DNA of 64,000 bases. Source: Candidatus Heimdallarchaeota archaeon. GTDB taxonomy: Archaea > Asgardarchaeota > Heimdallarchaeia > Heimdallarchaeales > Heimdallarchaeaceae. The translations under genes and the position numbers were made by a program. How positions within the stretch are numbered: position 1 is the stretch's first letter; every line of letters begins with the position of its first letter. The notes under the pieces were generated by a model that was given only the letters and a program-made list of their open reading frames with translations, made no database searches and was not told where the DNA came from. This document shows positions 1-9,349 of the stretch, piece after piece. The stretch is taken from assembly GCA_018238545.1 (NCBI GenBank), contig JABCTC010000020.1, forward strand, positions 1-64,000. The letters are read 5' to 3'.

Positions 1-736
1 CCAAAGTAGGCAAAGTTTCAATTATATCTCCCTCAACATAGTAATCTAGTTGTTCATTATATAAAGTAGGTACAAGATTGAATAATGCTTTTTTAGTCGG
101 TAGAGATGGAGATAATAGAATATCAGCAGCTGGAAAAACTTCTAAACTTGTAGCAACTCCCACAACTATCTCACTCCTATTAGCTACTCTCATTGCAGTG
201 CTAATAATATCCCTGTCCAGAGATTCCCCAAAAAGTATAACTTTTGGTTTTAGAGGATTTTCACATTTAGGACATAAGGGGATTTTTTCCGGTTCAATGT
301 GTTTTTCGTAATTCATCTTTTCCTCATGAGAACATCTAATACAGTGCATTATGTCAGGATTGCCGTGTAATTCGTAAACATTTACAGATCCGGATTTCTG
401 ATGGAGCCCATCAATATTTTGCGTAGCAATATGAACACTATTTTCTCCTTTCATTTGTTGAATCTCTGTAATAGCGTAATGACCTGCATTAGGTTCTACG
501 GGACGAAAATCCTCATAAATAATACGAAAGAACTCCCACACTTTATCAGGGTTCTTTCTAAAAGCTCCGATAGACGCTACTTCACTAGGTTTGAATTTTT
601 CCCACAGTCCGCCTTCAGAACGAAAATCAGGAATACCACTATGAACACTTGTACCAGCACCAGTAAAGAAAATGATTGTCTCTGCTTTTAAAATCTGCTT
701 AGCAATCATTCTTATGATCTCGTCATTTGTATCCAT
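1..736 (-). CDS. Sir2-family NAD-dependent protein deacylase (3' end runs off the window)
   Basis: Not in the ORF track. Manual translation of the minus strand from ATG at 736 gives MDTNDEIIRMIAKQILKAETIIFFTGAGTSVHSGIPDFR...QNIDGLHQKSG...ELHGN...CIRC...CPKC...KPKVILFGE, which contains the sirtuin motifs. Confidence 0.93.
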   Translation of the reverse strand, partial: MDTNDEIIRMIAKQILKAETIIFFTGAGTSVHSGIPDFRSEGGLWEKFKPSEVASIGAFRKNPDKVWEFFRIIYEDFRPVEPNAGHYAITEIQQMKGENSVHIATQNIDGLHQKSGSVNVYELHGNPDIMHCIRCSHEEKMNYEKHIEPEKIPLCPKCENPLKPKVILFGESLDRDIISTAMRVANRSEIVVGVATSLEVFPAADILLSPSLPTKKALFNLVPTLYNEQLDYYVEGDIIETLPTL

Positions 737-907
737 AAGGTTCACTCAGTAACTCTGTTCGAATAAAGTTTTGATTATATTTGGAGAGGTTATATTTAAT
801 GTTTTAAGCTCTTATAGACTAAAACTTCTAAAATGTTACAAAAGGTTGTTTGAGGTTTTGTAAGTCCATTCAGAAAGATTTACATGTATCTAGTTTTCAG
901 AGGACTC

Positions 908-1504
908 ATGGACTACCATTTAACTACTCCAATACCACCCGAAGAACTGAAAAAAATCAGGATTGGGGATATAGTGTACCTGACAGGTACAGTTGTCACT
1001 GCTAGAGATGAAGCTCATCTTAAGGCATTAGAACTTCACAAAGAAGGTAAAGAACTACCTGTGAATTTCACCGGTATAGGACTTTTTCATTGTGGTCCAG
1101 TAATGAAAAAGAATGTTGATGATGAGTGGATAGTTGTTGCTGCAGGACCAACTACATCTGCAAGAATGGAAATCTTTCAAGATGAATTCATTAAAGTGTT
1201 TCATCCTGGAATAATCATTGGTAAAGGTGGAATGGGTGAAAAAACTGCCAAAGCGTGTCAAGAAGAAACTTGCATCTATGGATACTTCACTGGTGGAGCA
1301 GCTCTATTAGCAGCTGACAGAATAAAGAAGGTAAGGGATGTTTTTTGGTATGAAGAACTAGGAATGCCAGAATCACTCTGGGTATACGAAGTTGAAGAGT
1401 TTGGACCTTTAACTATAACAATAGACACCCATGGTGGGAATTTAACTGATGAGAGCAAAAAGAAAATAGAAGAAAACAAAAATAAGATTCTGCAAGAACT
1501 TTAG
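908..1504 (+). CDS. Class I fumarate hydratase / L-tartrate dehydratase, beta subunit
   Basis: Motifs GDIVYLTG, TARDEAH, HCGP, GPTTSARM, IGKGGMG, LGMPE, FGPL..IDTHG. ATG at 908 is preferred over 884. Confidence 0.9.
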   Translation: MDYHLTTPIPPEELKKIRIGDIVYLTGTVVTARDEAHLKALELHKEGKELPVNFTGIGLFHCGPVMKKNVDDEWIVVAAGPTTSARMEIFQDEFIKVFHPGIIIGKGGMGEKTAKACQEETCIYGYFTGGAALLAADRIKKVRDVFWYEELGMPESLWVYEVEEFGPLTITIDTHGGNLTDESKKKIEENKNKILQEL

Positions 1505-1610
1505 AGATATTTTGTGAGATTATTCTTTTTTCTCAGACTTATCGTCGTTTTTTTCACATTTTTCTTTAGTTTATAAACCAATTGTGTTATTATATTATTG
1601 AGTAACATAA

Positions 1611-4331
1611 ATGTCAACCAATTCAGGAGAAGAAGAAACCTATAATCACATCAGCCTAGATGATTTAAAACTGGAAATTCAAGAGGAATTAAAGAATATC
1701 AGAAGTGTAAAGAAAACTTTGCGTAAATTAAGCAAAGAAATCAAGTATTCCCAAGAATATAAATTCTCTGAGAAGAATGAAATTAGAATAAACACAGAAT
1801 TCATTAAACACAAATATACTTGCAATAAGGAGATTCTCGCTGGTAGTATTTCAATAAAAGAACATCTAGCTTATGTATTCAAAGAATCGGTTAAAGGATC
1901 TAGAATATTAAGAAATGCTATTCAAATAACAGGTATTGATATTGACCAAAATTCTACTGACTGGATAAAACATCTTCTTAATGATATGTCAAATTTGAAT
2001 CACATTTTTGGTATCCTAAATGAAAATAGTTCCCGAAATATCATAGAATTGACAAATTTCTATCTCAAACAGTATAATGTTTCAGAGAAAGGTAAATTTA
2101 ACCTATTAAAGAGAGATAATTGTTCAGATGATCTAAAAAATTACGTGTGCAAACTTGAATGTGTAGAGGCTGATTCTTATGTTCGTGTACTCCTAACTAA
2201 ATGTGGTGTTCATGGAATTACCAGCACACATTCTGCTGAATACTTTCTTAAAGCATTTATTAAATTACACTTTGAAAATGACTCGATAAGAAGGCACTGG
2301 TTTAAATCTAAAAATCAAAAATCATTTAATAAAGTCCTTGTTAAAGGACTAAAAGGTAAATTTTCCAGTTCAAATGGCTTTGATGATATTCTGTTAACAG
2401 TATCTGGGAAAGACAAGTCTGAAAAATTTGATTTAAAGACTGTTGAAATGAAAGTAGGAGATGATTTGGGGAGCTTTTTCGATTACATTAGAACAAACAA
2501 AAATACAAAATTTACCTCTCAAATATGTGATGATATTGACAGTTTTCTTGCAATCAGATATAAACAATTAGTAAATAACAATATTGATTCTGAGCTTGCT
2601 AATAACATAATAGTGAATTTAAACAATAAATACAAATTTACAGCATCAGGGATAGGTTACAATTTTAATATTAAGATTAAATCTGACAATCTACGTAATG
2701 TTCTCATAGGTGCTGGGTTGACACAAGATAAAACTAATCGGATTTTAGAGGGAGCTATAAAACAGAACCAGTTGATTTCACTTATGCAGCATGGAAGTGC
2801 TCATAAGATGGTGAAAAAGAAAGGATATTATACAACAATAGACGAAATTGTTCATGATATAGAGTTTAAAGTTAAAATTAACGATAAAAACAAAGAAAAA
2901 TACGTGATTGTAAAGATACATCGTGATATGTTCTTACCAAAATTTGTTATAAGAGATAATGGTAAGCTAATTCTAGAAATTGAAGGTTTTAGTTCTGTTC
3001 TACAGAAATTGGTCAATGAGAAAAACAAGACATCAGATCAATATAAAGCCTACATGAAACTCAAAATTATATTTAATAGTGCTTTGGTTGAATTGAACTC
3101 ATGTGAAATTAGCTATAATACTTCTGCTGAAGAGGTTGTTGGAAATCTGAATGAAGTGCATCAATCAATTTATTTTGAAATAATCAAACATTGTAGGGAT
3201 GGTTTATTTGAAGAACTATCTGTTTTTGAAAATGGAAGAATGTCTCACTGTTTGGAAACGATAAGTAATCTAGGTCAGAAAACCAGGGAACAACTTAAAA
3301 AACATTTCAAAAGCAAAAGTATTGTACCTTATACGTTTCATCAACATTGGCAAACACTTTATTCTCTAGAGAAAGCATTCCAATTAAAAGGCATGATTGC
3401 AAATTCCTCACCAGTGAACGGTTGGATGATTCTGAAAAATAGATATATTGGAAAAATGCTTCCTAATGACATTGTTGAAATTTGCGAAGTAGCAAATATT
3501 TGGAATGAATTTCTAGAAGATTCAAATTGGTTTCAAAAGATATTAAGAGATTTACCACCACCCTACAAAATTCCAGATGGATTTAATCTCAATCATCGAG
3601 CTCATATCATTAGACCAATTATTTTTTTTGATAAACAATTAATGACTCCAGTTATTGTAAAGGGATATAATAATAGAAATCAATGGTTTGGAGTTAAGAT
3701 AGATATTAACAAGTTTTTTGAGGAAAAAACTTCTTTTAGTAAATATCTGTTTCAATTTCCGATCAAGATCAACATTAAGGGGGTTGAATTCAGTCAATCA
3801 GAGGAAATTGTAAAAGCATGGAAAGAACGTCTTATCTACACTGGAGTTCCAGAGGAGCAGGTTAATCTTCTTGGAACTAAGTATAATTTACGAAATGCAG
3901 AAGGTTGCTTTAATGTCAAAATTTTATTTGCAGTTATTTTTGAATTCAGAAATGTTTGGAACGAATTTTCTACATGGATTCGAGAATTTATTCAAACTAC
4001 AAATGAGTGGAGCAAGGTTTTACCAAGTTCAGTGGACCAAATATGTGGTTCAAGACTACGAGTAGTAAATGAACAAATTCAATATGATAATTCAGGAAAA
4101 GGTGATTGGAGAGAAGTGCTACTTGGTCTAGGATCAATGCATGGCAAGGAAATGTGGAATGTACGGAAAGACATTAAACGTTCCTTTGTTTTTCCTTCAC
4201 AAAACAAACTATTCAATAAACTAATCGAAGATATTCAATACCAGATTTGGAAACTAATACCTGAATCACCTCAAAACATAGATGTAAATGAAATCTGGAG
4301 TTTTATCATCTCTAACTGGAATGCATTATGA
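1611..4331 (+). CDS. Hypothetical 906-aa Lys/Asn-rich soluble protein
   Basis: Long uninterrupted, very AT-rich ORF with no signal peptide or TM segment. No family recognised. Confidence 0.8.
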   Translation: MSTNSGEEETYNHISLDDLKLEIQEELKNIRSVKKTLRKLSKEIKYSQEYKFSEKNEIRINTEFIKHKYTCNKEILAGSISIKEHLAYVFKESVKGSRILRNAIQITGIDIDQNSTDWIKHLLNDMSNLNHIFGILNENSSRNIIELTNFYLKQYNVSEKGKFNLLKRDNCSDDLKNYVCKLECVEADSYVRVLLTKCGVHGITSTHSAEYFLKAFIKLHFENDSIRRHWFKSKNQKSFNKVLVKGLKGKFSSSNGFDDILLTVSGKDKSEKFDLKTVEMKVGDDLGSFFDYIRTNKNTKFTSQICDDIDSFLAIRYKQLVNNNIDSELANNIIVNLNNKYKFTASGIGYNFNIKIKSDNLRNVLIGAGLTQDKTNRILEGAIKQNQLISLMQHGSAHKMVKKKGYYTTIDEIVHDIEFKVKINDKNKEKYVIVKIHRDMFLPKFVIRDNGKLILEIEGFSSVLQKLVNEKNKTSDQYKAYMKLKIIFNSALVELNSCEISYNTSAEEVVGNLNEVHQSIYFEIIKHCRDGLFEELSVFENGRMSHCLETISNLGQKTREQLKKHFKSKSIVPYTFHQHWQTLYSLEKAFQLKGMIANSSPVNGWMILKNRYIGKMLPNDIVEICEVANIWNEFLEDSNWFQKILRDLPPPYKIPDGFNLNHRAHIIRPIIFFDKQLMTPVIVKGYNNRNQWFGVKIDINKFFEEKTSFSKYLFQFPIKINIKGVEFSQSEEIVKAWKERLIYTGVPEEQVNLLGTKYNLRNAEGCFNVKILFAVIFEFRNVWNEFSTWIREFIQTTNEWSKVLPSSVDQICGSRLRVVNEQIQYDNSGKGDWREVLLGLGSMHGKEMWNVRKDIKRSFVFPSQNKLFNKLIEDIQYQIWKLIPESPQNIDVNEIWSFIISNWNAL

Positions 4332-4406
4332 TAGTAAACCACTTCCAGAATCCTTAAAATTAACGATTCTCTATGTTCTAGTTAGGATATAAAAAGGAAA
4401 TCAATC

Positions 4407-6215
4407 ATGAATAAAAAAATTGGCGTTTTGTTTTTAATTTTGTTTTTTAGTTCTCCATACTTTTTGAAACCAGCTGAAGCAAGTGTAAATATCGCATTTT
4501 ACATTGATTTACTTTCACCAAACACAGACCCTGAAAGAAATCAATGGATTATGTTGATCCAAGAACAGCTTTCAAAAATAGGGATAGGAGTAAGACTACA
4601 TGAATCAACAACTTGGGATAACATTGCTCCTCGTACATGGAGTTATCCCTTAATTGATTATGATTATATTCCAACATATGCTGAGGGCGGTTATGATTTG
4701 CTCTTCGTTAAGTGGTCTTGGGATCTTGATTGGGATCCTACAGATCTTTATAGCAGTCGATGTTTATATCCTAGTGGAAACAATTTTTACCAATATAATA
4801 ATACCACATTTGATGCTAAATTAGATAAATATTTGACAGAATTTGATCCAATTCTACGCAATAAATATTCTCATGATATGCAAAAAATACTCTATGAAGA
4901 CTTGCCTTCAATATGTATTGTCTATCCAAGATTCCTCTTCGCGTATTCTACCAATAGCAGTTACATTGATTGGTTTTTACTATCAATTTCCAATCATCGT
5001 GCTGAAAATTGGCTAGATTATTATGATAGTGTCATCAAATATGCTATTCCTGAAAAGCTCACAGAACCAAATATTTTTGTTCAAAAGACATTCTATGACG
5101 CTCAGTGGATGCAATGTGTCTATGGATCTTTGTATCAAAGAGCTCGGTATAACCATGAATGGGAACCTGTTATTGCAACAGATGCTGTTTATAGTTCTGA
5201 TTATAAGAACTTAACAATTACAATCGATCCAAATGCTAAATTTAGTGATGGAAGCCCAGTTCTTGCTGAAGATGTAAAGTACTCTTATGAATTGTATATG
5301 ACTCCTGCTGTTCATTCATCGAATTACGATTATCTAACAAAGTGGTTTACAACCAATGATTCAATTGAAATTGTTAATCCATATACTCTGAACTTCAATC
5401 TAACTCAAGTGTACACTTTTGCACACAGTTTGCTGTCTTATAGTATTGTGGATAAGAGTATTGCTGATCCAGCTATCGCAGCTTATGGATATAACATTTT
5501 TAACGAAATTCCATTAACGGGGAATGTACTTGATACATTAGTCAAATCTTGTGGTCCTTTCATGTTGGATGTATATGATTCAGTTAACGGTTCAGTTAAG
5601 CTTCTTCCTAATCCTTACTGGAACAACCTTACTGCTTCTAGGGGAATACAACCACTTTTGGATGAATTATATTTTATTCCTTTCTCTAACACTGATTTTG
5701 TTCATTCAGAATTACTCGCAGGCCATATCGATATCATGGATTACCACTTTGAACCTCTCCCATGTATTTTTTGGGATTTTGGAAGTTATGATTGTTACTT
5801 AGTGAAAGAACTTGCTCATGAAGAAATAGCTATTAACTTAAAGCACCCAATTATTGGTACTGGAGAATTAACCCCCGTTGGAACTCCTGAAGCAGCTAGG
5901 TTGATTCGTAAAGCTATAAGTCATGTTATACCAAGATCTGAAATCTCTGATAGTTTATCCTATTTACCCCGACCTGGAATTATACCTATGCCTGATTCTT
6001 GTATAGGATTTGATGATAGTTTGACACCTTATCGTTATGAGCTTGATTCTGCAATATACTATATCGAACAAGCAGGATATTGTGTTGAAGGACCTTGTTC
6101 TGTAACACAGATAACAGCAGAAAACTGCTTACTCATTCTTTGTATTTTAGGATTATCCAGTTTCTATTTAATTTACAAAAGAAAACCTTCTTTCAATAGA
6201 ATGAATAATAGGTGA
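4407..6215 (+). CDS. ABC transporter substrate-binding protein, family 5 (peptide/nickel), circularly permuted, with C-terminal membrane anchor
   Basis: Signal peptide; motifs AKFSDGSPVLAEDVKYS, CGPF, NPYWN, IRKAISH, QLSKIGI, QKILYEDLP; hydrophobic C-terminal tail. Confidence 0.85.
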   Translation: MNKKIGVLFLILFFSSPYFLKPAEASVNIAFYIDLLSPNTDPERNQWIMLIQEQLSKIGIGVRLHESTTWDNIAPRTWSYPLIDYDYIPTYAEGGYDLLFVKWSWDLDWDPTDLYSSRCLYPSGNNFYQYNNTTFDAKLDKYLTEFDPILRNKYSHDMQKILYEDLPSICIVYPRFLFAYSTNSSYIDWFLLSISNHRAENWLDYYDSVIKYAIPEKLTEPNIFVQKTFYDAQWMQCVYGSLYQRARYNHEWEPVIATDAVYSSDYKNLTITIDPNAKFSDGSPVLAEDVKYSYELYMTPAVHSSNYDYLTKWFTTNDSIEIVNPYTLNFNLTQVYTFAHSLLSYSIVDKSIADPAIAAYGYNIFNEIPLTGNVLDTLVKSCGPFMLDVYDSVNGSVKLLPNPYWNNLTASRGIQPLLDELYFIPFSNTDFVHSELLAGHIDIMDYHFEPLPCIFWDFGSYDCYLVKELAHEEIAINLKHPIIGTGELTPVGTPEAARLIRKAISHVIPRSEISDSLSYLPRPGIIPMPDSCIGFDDSLTPYRYELDSAIYYIEQAGYCVEGPCSVTQITAENCLLILCILGLSSFYLIYKRKPSFNRMNNR

Positions 6216-6415
6216 ATAATATCTTGAGAATAAGAAAATCAACTAAGTTTTTCTGATAAAATTGGCTTAATGGGTGCTCTAAAATAAGAAAAAAAAGAGG
6301 ATTTTAGCTTAGAATATTAAGTGATAAATTTTTTTGCTTGTTCATAGCACAAAGTTTTAATTTAATTTGTCTTTTCCAGTAAATGAATCTGATAACAATT
6401 CATAGTTCTTGCAAA

Positions 6416-6553
6416 GAGTGTCTTTGGGTTTACGAAGTTGAAGAGTTTGGACCATTAACTATAACGATAGACACCCACGGTGGAAACTTTACTGAGGATT
6501 CAAAGAAGAATATTGCTGCAAATCGTGATAAGATTTTGCAGGAGTTGAACTAG
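6416..6553 (+). pseudogene. Orphan 3' fragment of the fumarase beta gene (45 codons plus TAG)
   Basis: Translates ECLWVYEVEEFGPLTITIDTHGGNFTEDSKKNIAANRDKILQELN*. The intact gene ends ESLWVYEVEEFGPLTITIDTHGGNLTDESKKKIEENKNKILQEL*. Confidence 0.9.
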
Positions 6554-6554
6554 T

Positions 6555-7433
6555 ATGAAGGATATAGCACAAGTAGTAGAAGATACAGCTGCACGGTTAC
6601 TGAAAATCGCTGCAACAATTTTACCTACAGAGGTAAAAAACACATTAATCAAAGATGAGAAAGAGACAGAAGGAAGTTTAGGCAAGTCTCAATTACATGC
6701 AATTAATGAAAATGTTAACATTGCTGAAACACAAAGTAAACCAATGTGCCAAGATACCGGTCTTGTAGCCTTTTTCGTAAAAATCGGTGATAAGTTCCCA
6801 ATTAGATCAGAAGTAAAAACAGCTCTAATTGAAGCAACAAAGAAAGCAACTTCTAATGTGCCTCTCAGACCAAATGCTGTAGATATGTTCAAGGGTAACA
6901 CAAAGAATAATGTTGGATTAAGAGGTTATGTTCCTTGGTTCTACTTTGATTTAGTAGAAGGAGATAAGTGCGAAATTATAGCACTACCTAAGGGTGGTGG
7001 ATCCAGCAACGTCGGAAAAATGAAGATGATTCCACCAGGAAAAGGTATCAAAGGTGTTAAAGAATTTGTAGTTGAAGCAGTAGCTGCTGCTGGACCTTTA
7101 GGTTGTCCCCCATATACAGTTGGTGTTGGTGTTGGAGGAGGAGAAGATATGTGTATGAATCTTGGTAAGAAAGCTCTTCTGAGACCTCTTTATGAATATC
7201 ATGAAGACGAAAAGATAGCCGATTTGGAAAAAGAGATGTTACAAATATTGAACAAACTTGAAATTGGTGCTATGGGACTAGGAGAAGGATCATCTGTACT
7301 AGATGTTCATATGGAATTCGCTGCAAGACATCCTGCATCATTACCTGTAGGAGTAGTTATCTCTTGTTGGGCATTGCGACATGCTGGTGCAACAATAGAT
7401 AAAGAAGGAAATGTGGAATACCACCCACAATAA
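6555..7433 (+). CDS. Class I fumarate hydratase / L-tartrate dehydratase, alpha subunit (Fe-S)
   Basis: Motifs PMCQDTG, PLRPN, PKGGGS, GCPP..VGVGVGG, HPASLPV..SCWALR. Confidence 0.92.
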   Translation: MKDIAQVVEDTAARLLKIAATILPTEVKNTLIKDEKETEGSLGKSQLHAINENVNIAETQSKPMCQDTGLVAFFVKIGDKFPIRSEVKTALIEATKKATSNVPLRPNAVDMFKGNTKNNVGLRGYVPWFYFDLVEGDKCEIIALPKGGGSSNVGKMKMIPPGKGIKGVKEFVVEAVAAAGPLGCPPYTVGVGVGGGEDMCMNLGKKALLRPLYEYHEDEKIADLEKEMLQILNKLEIGAMGLGEGSSVLDVHMEFAARHPASLPVGVVISCWALRHAGATIDKEGNVEYHPQ

Positions 7434-8240
7434 TCATTCTTTTTTTCTAAGATACAAAATAATCCTTTTCTTGGAAATACTCAAAGAGAGGAATACTACA
7501 CAAAGGAAACCAATAACCATGTGTACATCAACTGTAGTTGTAGGCATTGAGGGAGAAGGATTAGAAAAATTATCTCGAATTTCTTGTTCGTTTAATTCTC
7601 TATTATATATGATTACTTCATCAATGATGCCATCAAACCACCAACCTGATCCACCAGTATCGTGACCAATTTGTAGATAATCTTCCTCATGTTCTTCTGT
7701 ATTTAATGAATCAAAATATGTTGGACTTGTGGCTATAGTTGTTGCATTTACATATAATTTGACATAACTCCCATTCCAAGTAGCTACTAAGTGATACCAA
7801 GTATTTGTATCCAGCACACTGTATGCTCTAGTAGTAGCTACTGCTGTACCACTACTTAAGTAAAGTATTAAATCCCCACCTGTGCAAGACGAAAAATGAA
7901 ATTCTCCTTCTGTCCATAAGATCCATTTACAAACTAAGGGATTCCCACTGCTTCCACCATCACCTGAAAAATTATCTGCTTTTATCCATAATTCTATTGA
8001 AAACCCATCATGAACAGATAAAGTATCTGAGTCTTCTATTCTAACATAGTCATCAATTCCATCAAAAGAAAGAGCTTTTCCTTTTATAGCTTCATTTGTC
8101 CATTCAGCTCCACTTAGAATCCCATCATTATTATTTTGACTACTATCCATTACTTCCTCGCCTTCACCTTCATCAAAATTCCAGTATCCCACAATATCCT
8201 CTTTTTTTATCAGACCTTGCCAGATTTGAAGTTTTTCCAA
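7434..8240 (-). CDS. LamG / concanavalin-A-like domain surface protein with C-terminal TM anchor (start uncertain, possibly 5'-truncated)
   Basis: VGYWNFDEG, ALSFDG.DDYV, WYHLVATWNG, FDGIIDEV.IYNR; C-terminal hydrophobic helix; no signal peptide at the TTG start. Confidence 0.8.
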   Translation of the reverse strand: MEKLQIWQGLIKKEDIVGYWNFDEGEGEEVMDSSQNNNDGILSGAEWTNEAIKGKALSFDGIDDYVRIEDSDTLSVHDGFSIELWIKADNFSGDGGSSGNPLVCKWILWTEGEFHFSSCTGGDLILYLSSGTAVATTRAYSVLDTNTWYHLVATWNGSYVKLYVNATTIATSPTYFDSLNTEEHEEDYLQIGHDTGGSGWWFDGIIDEVIIYNRELNEQEIRDNFSNPSPSMPTTTVDVHMVIGFLCVVFLSLSISKKRIILYLRKKE

Positions 8241-8369
8241 AAAAAATTGTTTAACTCTATATGGATACTTTAGATTTTTTAATTTAATTCAGTCCTTATC
8301 TAAAAGTATTAATCTGAATTTACACTCTTTACAATAAGTAGTTCATTCTACGAAGCCTCTATTAAAGAG

Positions 8370-9332
8370 ATGCAGCAGTTGAAAAAGAAACAAGAACACT
8401 CATTCAAGTATGTATTTGGACCCGTTCCCTCAAGAAGATTAGGTCGATCCTTAGGTATAAGTCCTATCCCAAGAAAAACATGTAATTTCACTTGTATATA
8501 TTGTCAGTTAGGTAGAACACCAAATTTTACAAATAAAAGAGTAGATTTTTTTCCTTCAGAAGCAATTATCAAAGAGGTTCAAAAGGCTCTTTTAATAACA
8601 GATAAAATAGATTATATTACCATAGTAGGAGATGGAGAACCAACACTCTATGCTGGTTTAGGGACTTTAATTAATAGTCTGAAGAAACACACATCTTTCC
8701 CCATAGCTGTCATCACAAATGGTGCATTACTATATCGGGAAGATGTTAGACACGATTTACTAAATGCTGATGTAATTTTGCCTACTTTAGATGCTCCCAC
8801 AGAAAAATTATTTCGTTTGATTAATCGACCTCATAAAGAAATAAACCTAAAAAGTGTAATTCAAGGCATGAAGCAGTTTAGAGAGGAATATAACGGGCAG
8901 TTTTGGGTAGAAGTTATGCTTGTTAAAGGGAAGAATGACAAACCAGAAATTTTATGCAAAATTAAGGAGGTTATTGATTCGATTGGTTTTGATAAAGTTT
9001 TTATCAATGTTCCAATACGGCCTCCAGCAGAAAGTTGGGTGAAAATACCTGATCCTGAAGTTCTTCTTGAAGCTCAAAAGATTCTTTCAGCAGAAAGTAT
9101 CTCTCTTTATGAAACATCAGATGTGACTTCTATCGATAAAACAGCTTCTCCTGAACAGAATATTATAAAAATAGCTCAAAGACATCCCCTACGAGAAGAT
9201 CAAGTCTACTCGCTTTTAGAAACTTTGTCCAATAATTATGTTGAAAACCTATTATTGAGAATGGAAAAAGAAGGAAAGATTAAGTCCGTTACTTATAATG
9301 ATAGAAGATTCTACATCATTCCACAAAGGTAA
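8370..9332 (+). CDS. Radical SAM protein of unknown function
   Basis: VFGPVPSRRLGRSLGI, CNFTCIYC (CxxxCxxC), GEPTL. Confidence 0.88.
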   Translation: MQQLKKKQEHSFKYVFGPVPSRRLGRSLGISPIPRKTCNFTCIYCQLGRTPNFTNKRVDFFPSEAIIKEVQKALLITDKIDYITIVGDGEPTLYAGLGTLINSLKKHTSFPIAVITNGALLYREDVRHDLLNADVILPTLDAPTEKLFRLINRPHKEINLKSVIQGMKQFREEYNGQFWVEVMLVKGKNDKPEILCKIKEVIDSIGFDKVFINVPIRPPAESWVKIPDPEVLLEAQKILSAESISLYETSDVTSIDKTASPEQNIIKIAQRHPLREDQVYSLLETLSNNYVENLLLRMEKEGKIKSVTYNDRRFYIIPQR

Positions 9333-9349
9333 GTTTACTACTTTGGAGT

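Larger units (their letters stand above)
1370..6553. mobile_element. Putative integrated element / genomic island in the 3' end of the fumarase beta gene, bounded by diverged ~135-bp direct repeats
   Basis: 1370-1504 and 6416-6553 both encode the beta-subunit C-terminus. The second copy directly abuts the alpha gene. No integrase recognised. Confidence 0.6.

Noticed and set aside
78-691. Plus-strand ORFs 78-311 and 401-691
   Set aside because: They are antisense shadows of the minus-strand Sir2 gene.
1611-4331. Calling the 906-aa ORF Cas9, a reverse transcriptase (GFDD) or an RdRp (VGDD)
   Set aside because: Only isolated short motifs; the other required motifs (bridge helix and HNH, or polymerase motifs A/B) and a CRISPR array are not evident.
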